Shown: positions 24,110-36,800 of the stretch, in pieces
How the letters are laid out: each line of letters opens with the position of its first letter
Position numbering within the stretch: the first letter of the stretch is position 1
Assembly (NCBI RefSeq): GCF_902459465.1
Contig: NC_047070.1
Location: 2,728,001-2,792,000 of the forward strand
From: Asterias rubens
Lineage: Eukaryota
DNA length: 64,000 nucleotides
Direction of reading: 5' to 3'
Notes under the pieces: generated by a model
Databases searched by the model: none
What the model saw: only the letters and a program-made list of their open reading frames with translations
What the model was told of the DNA's origin: nothing
Program-made: the position numbers and the translations under genes

Positions 24110-24851
24110 CCATAACAATTGTGTCAAAAGAACGGGGTGCTGCACTTTCACAATGACCAATTCTATTATTTTTGGGTTCTCGATTTTCACCGCAATATAT
24201 TGGTCTGGAACCCTAATCCCACACTTGACATAGTCATTAACATTAGTCGGGTACTCTGTGAACTGGGGGCGGAGCGAAAGTGTTATTTCGGTGGGGGTGC
24301 ATGATACTGAGTTTTATAAACTTATTTGACATTTTGAATGAAGGTTTTGTAAAGTTTATTTGCATATACTTTTTGTCATTTTGTGAAACTTCTTGCCAAA
24401 GTAGTGGTGGCCGTGCTGTACAATAAAATAATTATGTTATTTGTTTATTTTAAGGGAATTTAGTAAAAATAAAGAAATTATAGTTTTTTATAGAATTTTT
24501 CTAGAATTTTTAGTAAATTATAGGTATAGAATTTATAGTTTTTTTAATATGATTTTTACACTTTTTGAGGCATTGCATAACAATGGGTGCGTTTGTTTAG
24601 CTTCCCTGAGTCTACATGCAGTGCTCACTCGAGTGAGCCCCTGACAAGAGCTAAACGAACGATCACTACCGCTCTCGTAGTGACGTCATGCACCTGGGGC
24701 CAGCCCCCAAGTGACCCACTCCACAAGCCCTTAGCGCTCTATAAATATTGTTATTATTTATTTTATTCTAAAAATCCCCGAAATGATCTTCAATAATTTT
24801 TTTTCTTTTTTCTCTCATTTTCAGAAGAAATCACGGCCACATCTGAACATC
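24110..24851. promoter_or_regulatory. Probable shared promoter interval between BORCS7 and IDUA
   Basis: Divergent genes with start codons about 750-840 bp apart; perfect CRE TGACGTCA at 24681-24688; TATA-like TATAAATA near 24739; acceptor-like tract ending at 24824 suggests an IDUA 5'-UTR intron. Confidence 0.45.
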
Positions 24852-27800
24852 ATGAAGGCATTCTGTACATCTCTTCTCTCATTCTTGTTGATGATGCTAG
24901 CTCCATCGTTGAGTCTTAAATATGAGTTTGTTGTGAAGTCCGACAGTAAAGTGGCCGACTTGAAGAATTTCTGGGCAAGCACAGGTTTCTGGTATGTTTA
25001 TCTTATTGATGATTGTCGGCAATTGTTTCACTTGAGATTGCTGCCAATATAAGTTATCACACAAGCGCGAGTGGAATACGGAATATAGCACTTCTGCGTC
25101 ATTCGGCCGAGTTGGATATGGGACGCAGACGGGCTATATTTGTTCGTATTCCACGAGCGCGCGTGTTATAATGAATTTATTTTCCAGTTTCACGTACATC
25201 AACGCGCAAAGTTTCAAATTTCAGAGCGTTATTTTGTGACGAAACGCACAAAGTTAAGAATGTAATTTTTGCACTGTCTGTATATGGAGCGTAACGCATT
25301 GACATTCACAATACGCACTATGTAATAAAAACAGAGGAAGTAGGAAATAAAACAGGAAGATGTGTTTTTATCCCCCTAGTAGTTCGAGCATCTGATTGGT
25401 GGATTAGTGCATACTGGAAGATAAAAGACTATAGAGAGTCAAAGTAAACAGATGTTGAAATGTGCGCAGGATGCCATTTTAGCAAGCATTTTTTGATGCG
25501 AGAATACATCAGTGCAGACAGTGAAATGAGAATTGCTATCAAAAACATTTGCTGGTAGAAATGGCACCCATGTGCATAACAAAACATAGAGCAACCTGTG
25601 CCTTCATTCAGCGTTCTATAAACTTGGTCAGTGCCCTCAATGAAAATTAGAGGGCTACAAGAAATGATGATTGAGTGTTCTTTAATGACTTTTCCTCCCT
25701 CTTCCTCCCTTTGGTTTTTGTCTTTGTGTTTCCAACCTCTTGTGGTTAAACCAGCCCCTTCTCTCTACCCACCCCCTGCATGTCTGGGTCAAAGCTTTTT
25801 AAGAAATGATGATCAAGTTTAATGACTCTTTTCCTCCCTCAATTACCACCTTTGTCCTTTGTGTTTACTTTACAACCTCCCCTGGTTAAATAGCCCCTTC
25901 TCTCTACCCACCAGCCTGCATGTTTCTGTCTACATTGTTTGCTTGCTGAAATGGCACCTGTGCGCATTTCTCCCATAACCAAAGAACGAGCAGCCTGTGC
26001 CTTCATTCAGCATTCTATCAACAATATTTGTCAGTGCCCTCAATGAAAATTAGAGGGCTATTACTGTTGGGGATCAAAGCTTTTCAAGAAATGATGATTG
26101 AGTGTTCTTAATGACTTTTCCTCCCTCTTCCTCCCTCTTCCCATCTTTGATTTTGTCTTTTGTGTTTCTAACCTCTTGTTGTTAAACCAGCCCCAATCCT
26201 CCCTCCTCCCTTTGTCTCTGTCTACATTGTTCACCCTTTGCTTTTTCTGCGCACCTGCTGCCCCTCTCTCTCTCTCTTTTTATTTCTATCCACTTGGCTG
26301 CTCCTGTTCACCAGTAGGCCTACAGGTTTATGTCTGTTGTTGTCATTTACCCTTAAGAAAGAGTCTGCTAAGGTCAAAACATCATGCAGGCAACTAACTA
26401 TATATTTCTGCAGAACTGACTCCGCGGCAGTACAGTTAATTACGATCCTATAAGCTAAAGTAGTAGTCCAAGTCTATTTTCTATACCATCGGCCCTGGTA
26501 ATAGTTAAAAGCAGGACAGTTCTTTTCAGAACTGAGAAGTCTCCCGAAACCGATTATCTACTCCGCCGGGGCAGTAGAATAAATGCAAGACAGTTCTCTA
26601 AGAACAAACTCTACCTTGCAAGTAGATACACACATGGTGTTGCCGCAAACCAATATATTTATACCTCACCGTGCAATGCCTCAAATCCTATATAACTATT
26701 TATTGCATTTACACTACAGCTTCTTTTGGTTAGGCCAAATAGAAATAAAAACATGTTTAGTGTCCTCGCCTGCTTCCTTTTTAGAGGCCGCTTTTTTTGT
26801 TCCCCGTTTTTTTTTTTAATGGCTGCTCAACACATTTTTTAAGACTAACCGCTGGGCTGTTTAACAAAAAAGAAAAAAATTGCTGATATTTAAAATATTT
26901 CCTTCTTTTTTGTAAAAATGTTTTTTACTCCTTAGGGAGAAGGACAAGTTTGTTTTGATTTATTTGGCCTTATTTGGTAGTTTGCAACAGTTAATCGATA
27001 TTTTTGTATTGTCTAAATTTATACTTTTGTTGCTTTAGTTGAAGCTTTTTCTTGTTACTTTCAGCCCGCCCCTTCCACACCAGAAAGCGTCCTCATACTT
27101 CCTGAATGAATCCGAGCATCAGAATTTGATCTTCATTGGATCTGTGCCCAACCAAGGAATTCAGCAAGTGCGGGTACATTGGCTGCTAGACCTTGTCAAA
27201 CTCAGGTATCATCATCTTCCTATACTGTGCAGAAACCTCCTCTGAAGTATATACCTAATTAAGTCATAATTAAGTCTGAAATCAAATTTTCACTTTTTAT
27301 TGTATATCTACATTTGTATCAGGATTAAAGCAGTACATTCCAAAAACTAAAGGTAGAAGTTGTCTTAAAGACAGCGGACACTATTGGTTATTGTCAAAGA
27401 CTAGCCTCCACAGTTGGTGTATCTCATCATATGCATAAAATAACAAACCTGTGAAAATTTGAGCTCAATCGTTCATCGAACTTGCGAGATAATAATGAAA
27501 GAAAAAAATACCCTTGTCAAACGAAGTTGTGTGCATTTAGATGGTTGATTTCGGGACCTCAAGTTCTAAACCTGAGGTCTCGAAATCAAATTCGTGGAGA
27601 ATTACTTCTTTCTCAAAAACTATGGCACTTCAGAGGGAGCTGTTTCTCATTATGTTTTATACCATCAACCTCTCCCCAGTACTTGTCACCAAGAAAGGTT
27701 TTATGCCAACAATTATTTTGAGTAATTACCAATAGTGTCCACTGCCTTTAATGACACGGCACACAATTAATATTATTGTAAAAGACCAGTCTTCTCACTT

Positions 27801-30800
27801 GGTGTATCTCAACATAATATGCATAAAATAACAAACCTGTGAAAATTTGAGCTCAATTGGTCATCAAAGTTGCGAGATAATAATGAAAGAAAAAACACCC
27901 TTGTCACACGAAGTTGTGTGCTTTCAGATGCTAATTGATTTCAAGACCTCAAGTTCTAAATCTGAGGTCTTGGAAAATTCTTGGAAAATTACTTCTTTCT
28001 AGAAAACTACGTCACTTCAGAGGGAGCCGTTTCTCACAATGTTTTATACTATCAGCAGCTCCCCATTACTTGTTACCAATTAAGGTTATATGCTAATAAT
28101 TATTTTGAGTAATTACTGTAGTGTCCACTGCCAACTGCTTCTTTCCTCATATACTGAAACACATATGGTTATGATTATTTTATAAATAATTATTCCTCTT
28201 CAAAGAGAGTTTAATGTTCAAAATTCAACTAAGATTGTCCCTGTTCTTTTAGCAGTGAGAACAAATCTGGAGCTGTCACATTCAACTTTGACCTCTTGGA
28301 CCAGATGATTGACAGAATCTGGAGAAATGGACTCCGCCCAGGATTTGAAATAATGGGGAACCCGTCTGATTGGTTCACTGACTTTGAGGAAGTGAAACAG
28401 GTGTATGCATGGAGAGATATGATTACTGCATTGGCTAAAAGATACATAGGTACAGTAAGCTTGTCTTATTCCAATAGACCAGAACCCAATTTCGTAGAGC
28501 TGCTTAAAGACAATGGACACTATTGGTAATTGTCAAAGACCAGTCTTCTCACTTGGTGTATCTCAACATATGCATAAAATAACAAACCTGTGAAAATTTG
28601 AGCTCAATCGGTCGTCGAATTTGCGAGATAATGGTGAAAGAAAAAAGAACCCTTGTCACATGAAGTTGTGTGCTTTCTGATGCTTGATTTCGAGACCTAA
28701 AATTCTAAACTTGAGGTCTCGAAATCAAATTCATGGAAAATTACTTCTTTCTTGAAAACTACGTCACTTCTGAGGGAGCCGTTTCAATCATACAATCACC
28801 CTCTCCCCTTTACTTGTAATCAAGAAAGGTTCTATGATGATAATTATTTTGAGTAATTACCAATAGTGTCCACTGCCTTTAAGCACAACAAGTAGCTAAG
28901 TACAACAAAATTATGCTCACCAGAATAAGGTTACCAGCCAAACTACTGTGTTTCATGTACAGTTTGTGACTGGTATCCTGCTTCATTTCTGCTAGCAAAA
29001 TTTTCGGTTTTAAGCAGCTCTATGAAACTGGTTCCTTTGCCCAATTTCATAGAGCTGCTTTAAGGCACTGGACACTACTATAATTACTCAATTGTTAGCC
29101 TAAAAACTTACTTGATAACAAGCAATGGAGAGCTGTTGGTTGTATACAGTATTGTGAGAAACGGCTCCCTCTGAAGTAACATAGTTTTTGAGAAAGAGTT
29201 AATTTATCACTCAAATATTAAAAGGCATCTGAAAGCACACAAATTTGTGAAACAAGGGTGTTTTTTCCTTCATTATTTTCTTGCAACTTTGATAACAAAT
29301 TGAGTAAAAATGTTCACAGATTTGTTATTTTATGCATATAATGTGATACACCAAGTGTTCCCAAACAGTGCAAAAATGAGTGGGATACCAGTCATGTGAA
29401 ATTATATTTTGTCTTGTTAATGTTAAAACCTTATTCTTATTAACATACTTATTTTTTGCTTAGTTACTTTTTGTGCTTAAGCAGCTCTATGAAATAGGGC
29501 CCACATCATCACGTCAATGCAAGAACAATGTGACTTGTTTTTTTCCTTGTCTTTTCCATCTCTCACAAAAATGCGCCGTGCAAAAAAGTGACAATTTCAG
29601 ACTCGCTGTAATGTGCTGCTAAAATATAGGATTGGAACTACCTCTAGCTACCGGGCAATCTCGGTGGTCTAGTTGGTAAGAAACTGCTCCAGATTAGCAA
29701 GGGCAAAGGGTCCGAATACAACCCGAGTAACGTGCCTTTGATTTTTTTCACAGAACACTAGGAAAGTACCAAGACAGTGCTTGCACACATCAGTGTAAGG
29801 GTAACCCAAAATAATACAAATTATAAATGTTTTTTTTTTTAGTGAAATATGGTTTGGATTATGTATCTGAGTGGAACTTTGAAACATGGAACGAGCCGGA
29901 CCACAAGGACTTTGATAATCTAAACATCACTCTTCAAGGTAAAGAAATTACTCTTTAGAAAACGTTTTATTTATTTTGAAACATTAATCACAATTCTGGC
30001 ATGTCGTGGCCGAGCAGATAAGAGCACCGAACTCAAGCTCTGGTGTTTCTGTTTAGCAGAGTGTGGGTTCGAATCCCGGTCGTGACACTTGTGTCCCTGA
30101 GCAAGACACTTAACTATAATTGCTTCAGCCACCCAGGGGTAAATGGTGAGGGTAGAGATGGTTCTTGTGGTTGGTTTAGCTTAGTGCGCTACATATTTGG
30201 CGGCACAGGCTGTATACTTCCCAGGGAGCTGAGATGGTTTAAGGAATGAAATGGCCCAGTGATCAGGGTAATAATGTTGGAAGCGCTTTGAGACATAATA
30301 ATAATAATAATAACCCGTTTTTATATAGCGCTTTTCACACCCGAAGGGCGTCCCAAAGCGCTTCACATTATTACCCCTGGTAACTGGGCCTCAAATCACT
30401 CCTTAAACCATCTCAGCTCCCTGGTGGGGAGTATGTAGCCTGTGCAACATTAGTTATGCGCTACTCGGCTAAATCAATCACAAGAACCATCTCTGCCCTC
30501 ACAGGTACCCATTTACCCCTGGGTGGAGAGAAGCAATTATAGTTAAGTGTCTTGCTCAAGGACACAAGTGTCACGACTGGGATTCAAACCCACACTCTGC
30601 TGAACAGAAGCAGCAGAGCTTGAGTTCGGTGCTCTTATCCGCTTGGCCACGACACCCCACATGGTGTATAAAGCGCTTTATAAAAAACAAATATTATTAT
30701 TATTAATTCTGAGTTAAAGGTAGGGTTATCTTTTGATATAAATGACCCTCGAAAAAATTATATATCTTTATCCGAAAACTGTCCATAGAATAGAATAAAA

Positions 30801-33800
30801 TAGAATGTTTTATTAGCCAATGATTAAAAACAATCGCAGGAATTTGAAATGTTGAACTCGCATTATTACAAAAATAGTTATCTTCAACACAAACAATATA
30901 TGTAATACAAACTTTATACACATTCAGTGCAATGAAAAAATTAGACCTAAAAACTACAGCATGTATCTATTTTTAAAGGATTTCTCAACTACTACGATGC
31001 GTGTTCAGAAGGTCTTAAGGCAGCTAGTCCCAAGCTTCGGTTCGGTGGTCCTGGGGCTGCCTGTAGATCCAGGAAGTTTTCCTTGGTATGCTGGGCGCTG
31101 CTGCAACATTGTGAGAATGGAACCAACTTCTTCACCGGGGAAACTGGTGTTCGCATTGATTTTATTTCATTTCATCACAAGGTATGAAACTTAATCTAGT
31201 TGAATATAACGGGCCTAATACTTCACGGAAGCATTGGAGGCGATTGCCTCCGTTGCCCCTTGCCATGCCGTGGTGCCCTTGAAATGCTCCAGTAGAAATT
31301 TTCAGTTTCCTCATAGGGTGCCCTTTGCCAAAGAGAAAATGCCTTGGTGCCCTTCCCCTTTCAAAAACGAAGCATACAGGCCTGATATTAAGTTTTTACC
31401 CATACACCAATGTGTTTAAGCACTGTATACTCAATATTTTCCGGCGTCCTGTGAAAAAATATCACAGGCATATTACTCTGGTGGGATTGGAAGAGACACT
31501 GCTCTAGAATAGACCGATTGCGCTCTGTGCATCACGTGACCTATAGTGGGTATTAGATGCTAAACAAACACGGCATACTGCATATAAATGTGCGTTAAAA
31601 AGACATGATTTCTGTTGCAATTTTTGGCACAAAAAATACTAAATTCTCGAAATCACTGAAGAATATTCCGTTGTTTGTAACATGAGACCTTACCGGTGGC
31701 TGGTCAATAAATGTAATGGGTAAATACAGTTCCACTTAAAATAGGAAATTCCACGAGAATGTTCACACGATGACATGTGTTTGTGCACGGAAAGTGTGGT
31801 TTTACATTGCCCTCTTTGTAATTATTTGCTGCAAATATTTTCAATAAAAACCTCATTAAGAAGCTGCAAATCCCTTTATTGTCATCCTTAAAATTATTTG
31901 ATTAGAAGGGGTTGCTGTCAGCTATGAGTCGGACAACTTCGCGATCTCCCCCATTACAGCCCGACTCACGCCAGGCAAATCGCAAAATCCACAGCGCTTG
32001 AGCTCGCTCAAACCTCAGTAATTACGTAGTTTAACCATACTCTCAAAAGAAACCTCTTTTGTAGTAGAATACTGGGAACATTTAACAGCAAATGTGATTT
32101 AAATCAATGTCACAATATTCAACTTAACAGAAGGGCTGGGTTTTTAGGTTAAAATGTTATTTATTGAAAATACAGCCAATTATGGTCCATCGGTACAAGT
32201 CTTCCCATGTCTTTACTGTGTAGCTGTGTTTTTCTATACCCACTATAGGTCACGTGATCACATGTAAATATTGGCAGTGCAATGGGTCTATTGCATTATC
32301 GTGCGTTCGAATCCCACCTGAGTAATATGCCTGTGATTTTTTTCGCAGGACTCGGGAAATTACTGAGTATATACAGTGCCAACACACATCGGTGTGTGGA
32401 TAAAAAAACGAAATTAATGTTCTTAATTCCCGATTAGACCGTGGGATGATGCTCCAAATTCTGTTTTTCAGTGATCTACCTTACACAACTACTTACATTT
32501 GGTCTCAAAATTTGAAGAAAATTCAACTTACCACCCCAAAAAAATCGTCAAGCACAAAACTTACGCAGTATGGATTTATTCGCGAAATGAAGCACAAAAA
32601 TACGGCGAGAATAAATGGCTGAATGTGCAAGAAAAAAATAGATGACTTGTAAGCTCGGCCAATCATAGCGCATATGACATGCATGTGGATGTGTGGACCA
32701 ATGAAAGAGCTTGTTTCGGAGTCCTGTGGTTTTGTGGCCCTTTTTGAAACGACGGCGTCTGCGTTGGATTCAGCTTCAGGCTCCCTTATCTCGTCTGAAG
32801 CCCTGACTGAGCGCGTACGCAAAGCACGCACAATTGCCAAAACAACCGCGGGCCAAGCTAGCATTCGGAGCCGAAGCCGTGGTTTCGTAAAGGGTTTCAG
32901 AAAGATGTCGTCTATGCTTCTCAGGAAACTTCGTCCTGTGTGTGTGAAGGGGAAGAAAGTTGCACGAACACAACAGAAATTACATCCAAGCTAGTTAGGG
33001 AAAATAGTTATCGCTGGCAGGAGTTCGTTGGCCCAGCAGTGGTTAGGAAAAACTATCAGCATCGGTGATGTGCTGACGGACGCCATGGATGATGGATGAT
33101 GACATGACAGCGACCTACAAAGACAAAAGACCTTCCCGGCAGCTGCTGGTTGGAGTACCGTGGATGTACTAACTACTAGTGGAAGTTGAAGGTATTTAGG
33201 CAACATTTCTTTCCAGAAATAGTTGTGCTTCAATTCGAAGCAAAGCAGTTAATCATTATTTTATTTTTATTTTGTCAAGTTAAACAAAATGAAATGCTCC
33301 TCCGATCTCTCAATTAAATGAAACGAAATCAGAGTCACGATCACATGATGAGGATACACATTTTGTTTATGAATCATGATGATGACACACATCGGTTTTA
33401 GTTATTTACTTAATACTTAAAAACAAAAACATACATGTACTGTTACAATTAGTAATTACATACAGATTACAGTATGAAAAATCAATAAGCATTAAATATT
33501 TAATGCACTAAGCCTATTAGAAATTTACACGATTCAGGAAAAAATGGCCCTTACTTTTACTAGACTAAAACACTGAAGTGGAGGAAGGGCAAGGGTACAT
33601 ACCCCAAGACCCCTATACTAATCACGTGATGAAGTATGCTTGAATAATAATAAATAACATCCCCATCTTTATTCTTAAAATTCTAGAGGCAAACAACCCG
33701 CCAACCAGCTTTCTTTGAGATGTGGTATTTAAATTTAAATTTTGTATTTAAACTAAGGGGAACAAGCCTAATTTTGTTTTCAAATAAGATGAGTAAACTA

Positions 33801-36800
33801 GGGCCTCATTTATTTGTATTTCTTTTCTTTTCAGTAAGACATGTCCGCTCTGGGTTAGTGCTATCAACACTTATGCAAATTCGCTGACAATGAAGCGTGC
33901 AGGTAGTAGGAGAAACAAAGAAAGGCAGGTAAAAAAAAAAATAACTTGTTCATTACTCTCGTCCACCAGAAGAAATACTGTGCGTAACCTTCTTTTCTTT
34001 TGTTTTAAGGAAAAAGAGAAAAGAAATCAAATGAATAATATATGGTAAACTGTTGGTATTTGTGAACAGGACCAGTATCCCCATTATTAGGTGTATTTGC
34101 ACTTTATGTGTTAAATAACAGCCCTCAAATTAAATAAAAAATCTGTGTAAATTTTTGCAAGAATTTGCTACAAGATAATGAAAAGTTCAAAGTATTGGGT
34201 AAAAAATTTCCTCTTTATATCAAAAGCTTTCCAGTGCTCTTTATCGTACGTTTTGTTTGGATTGACCTTTAATAATTGGGCACAAGTTGACTAGGGTATG
34301 AGGTCATGCCACTTGGATTGAGAAATTCGTACTGCCTATATAAACTTTGGATTGGATGTGTATCTGCAATTAGGGAACAATGAGTTGATCTGATTGCTTT
34401 TCTATGTTGTTATTGTAATATTGTACCTTCACCAAAACTGTACATGTTTGCTTTTCCTACAAATTGTTTTTATTTTGTGTACTGTCTGTTCAGTCATCGA
34501 GTATGCTTTTCTAATTCGCTTGCAGAACGCGAGAATAGTGATGCCATTAGCAACGAGACAACTGAAGGTGAACCACGATCAAAAGGTTGCTACGCTCTGA
34601 CACTGGTGATTCTGAAACGCCTCAGCTGAACGTGCTCCCCGTACAGTGTATCATGCAGATTGAAGAAGAAAGTATGTAAAGGAAAGGAAAATATCACACA
34701 GAAGATTTTCCTGTCAACGAATCAATTTCCCCTGCACAGACTTATGCTTTTGTGCCAATGGGCCATATTTTTGACCGTGTGAGGGCGCTCTCAATCACTT
34801 CCGGGGGTATATTCATTCATACCCAAAACAGTTTTTAAAGATTGGAACACATTACCACCACAGACATCTAATCCATCACAGACAATAAGACTTTTAAAGG
34901 AGCCGTTATAATCCACCTCTAAAGCAAATTGAAACTACGGCGCAACAAAAGTGACAGAACGCCTATTAATTTGTGCAGGGCGAATCGCGTGTACCCCCGG
35001 TAGTGATAAAAATACTATTTATAGCGCCCTCGCGCTGTCAAAAATAAGGGGCATTGTGGAGTGGAAATTATCCAGTACACTTCAAAGGACTCGGATGGGA
35101 ATGTTTATTCTGATGATAACTAATTTAAACAAAATGTTGTCTGAATCATCATTTTCAATAGAAAAGTAGAAAAACTATATTATTTTAATTCAATTTTGTA
35201 AAATCTTTAAATCTTTGAAATTGTTAAAGGCCCTGTCACACCATGGCGTATTGCCTTAACGTATGCCGGCGTATAGGCCTACAGAAACTAGTTCGAGCAT
35301 TTTAAAAGTCCAAGAGTGCCCAACTTCCCAGAATCACATCCATAGCGTACTGAACGTATACAAAGCGTATGACTAATGAATTGATAGCGTATCACTAACT
35401 TAAAATGAAGTTATGTATGTTACACAGGTGGATACGTCAGAATACGTCGAGACTTGTTGGGGATACGCCAGGCATAGGTTATACGGCACATAAAGGTATT
35501 TATTTCGTCAGCCAAAGTACATCACAGAGCCCTATACCAGCCAACAAGTAACGTACCTCTGACGTTCGCTAACGTACCACGGGCAACAAGAAATTTTGAA
35601 CATGCTCAATATTTTGTTGCGGGCTCTACGTGCTCCAAATTTTAATAGCGTATCACAGCGTGCTCTAATAACATTAGCGACATATTACCCCTAACCTATA
35701 TCAGCGTACACCAACGGAATGTTGATATTTCGCAAACGTTCGCAAACGTTAACATACAAGCAGGTGGTATGCCATGGTGTGGCAAGCCCCTAAATTAAAA
35801 AAACTCTGTGTTTTGAGACACTAAATACATGATCATCAATTTGTAAATTGCAAAGAAGATCCAATGGGCATAATTTCTTGGTTAGCTTTTTGTGTTCCAA
35901 ACCAATGATGACTAGTGGACACAATTGGGAGAACAAACGATGAGTGTTCAGCTCTTAAATTTGAATTTGAATTGTTTTAAATTGAATTGTTTTGGGGAAT
36001 TTAGAAAGTGCCTTTTCAAGAAAGTAACATAATTCATCATGAGGGTAATATTAACTTTCAATGTTTATAATAACAATGAGTATTGTACCAGAAATGTGTC
36101 ATTATGATATGAAGAGAAGGAAATAAAAAAATCTCAATGTGTGTCTCTTGTCAACAATATCCTTTTTTTGTCAAGTTCATTCATTCGATTAAAATTTAAT
36201 TAAGGCCTGTCTAAGCTCTGAAGACTTAGTAAATGACCAAAATGAGGTCCAGAAAGTTTGTTGGTGACATTTAGAAACAATTTAAATAACCCCAGGTCAA
36301 AATTGCAGTTGAACCCAGTTAACTGGGGTCAACTGGTTCAACTGGATAGTGACCAAACTCGTCCATTTTCCATATTAACCAACTGGTTTTGACTAGGTTT
36401 AACTGTGTTCAACTAGGTTTAAATTATAAACCAGTTGGTGTCTGTCCATTTTCCATATTAAACCAACTGGTTTTAACTGTATTGAACTAGTTTATCAACT
36501 GGTTTTCAACTAGTTCCAGTTAAACACAGTTTAACTAGGTTCAACTAGAATTTTGACCTGGGACTTAATTGGGGAAATGATTGATGTACAGAATAATATT
36601 TCCAGGGGTGTTAAATAATTAATTAATTGAGATCTGGGAGAAAAGAGCTGAAAACCTGTTAATGAAAGCAAAATAAATAAGCCAGTATATTTTCCCCATT
36701 CGTTTGTGCACTTGGTGATTTGCCCATAGAGTTTGTGCACAGTTCTTCATTTTTTACCAATAGAGGGCGCTATTTTCCTATAATTATTTTCTAATTAAAA

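Noticed and set aside
23894-24190. 98-aa ORF as an independent gene
   Set aside because: It is the first coding exon of BORCS7 read through the donor at 23923.
27206-27213. U12-type donor in IDUA intron 2 (GTATCATC)
   Set aside because: Does not match GTATCCTT, and the acceptor has a normal U2 pyrimidine tract.
34394-34600. ORF with VIEYAFL resembling Cys-loop receptor helix M3
   Set aside because: The hydrophobic part comes from a T-rich, acceptor-like tract, and no other receptor exons were found.
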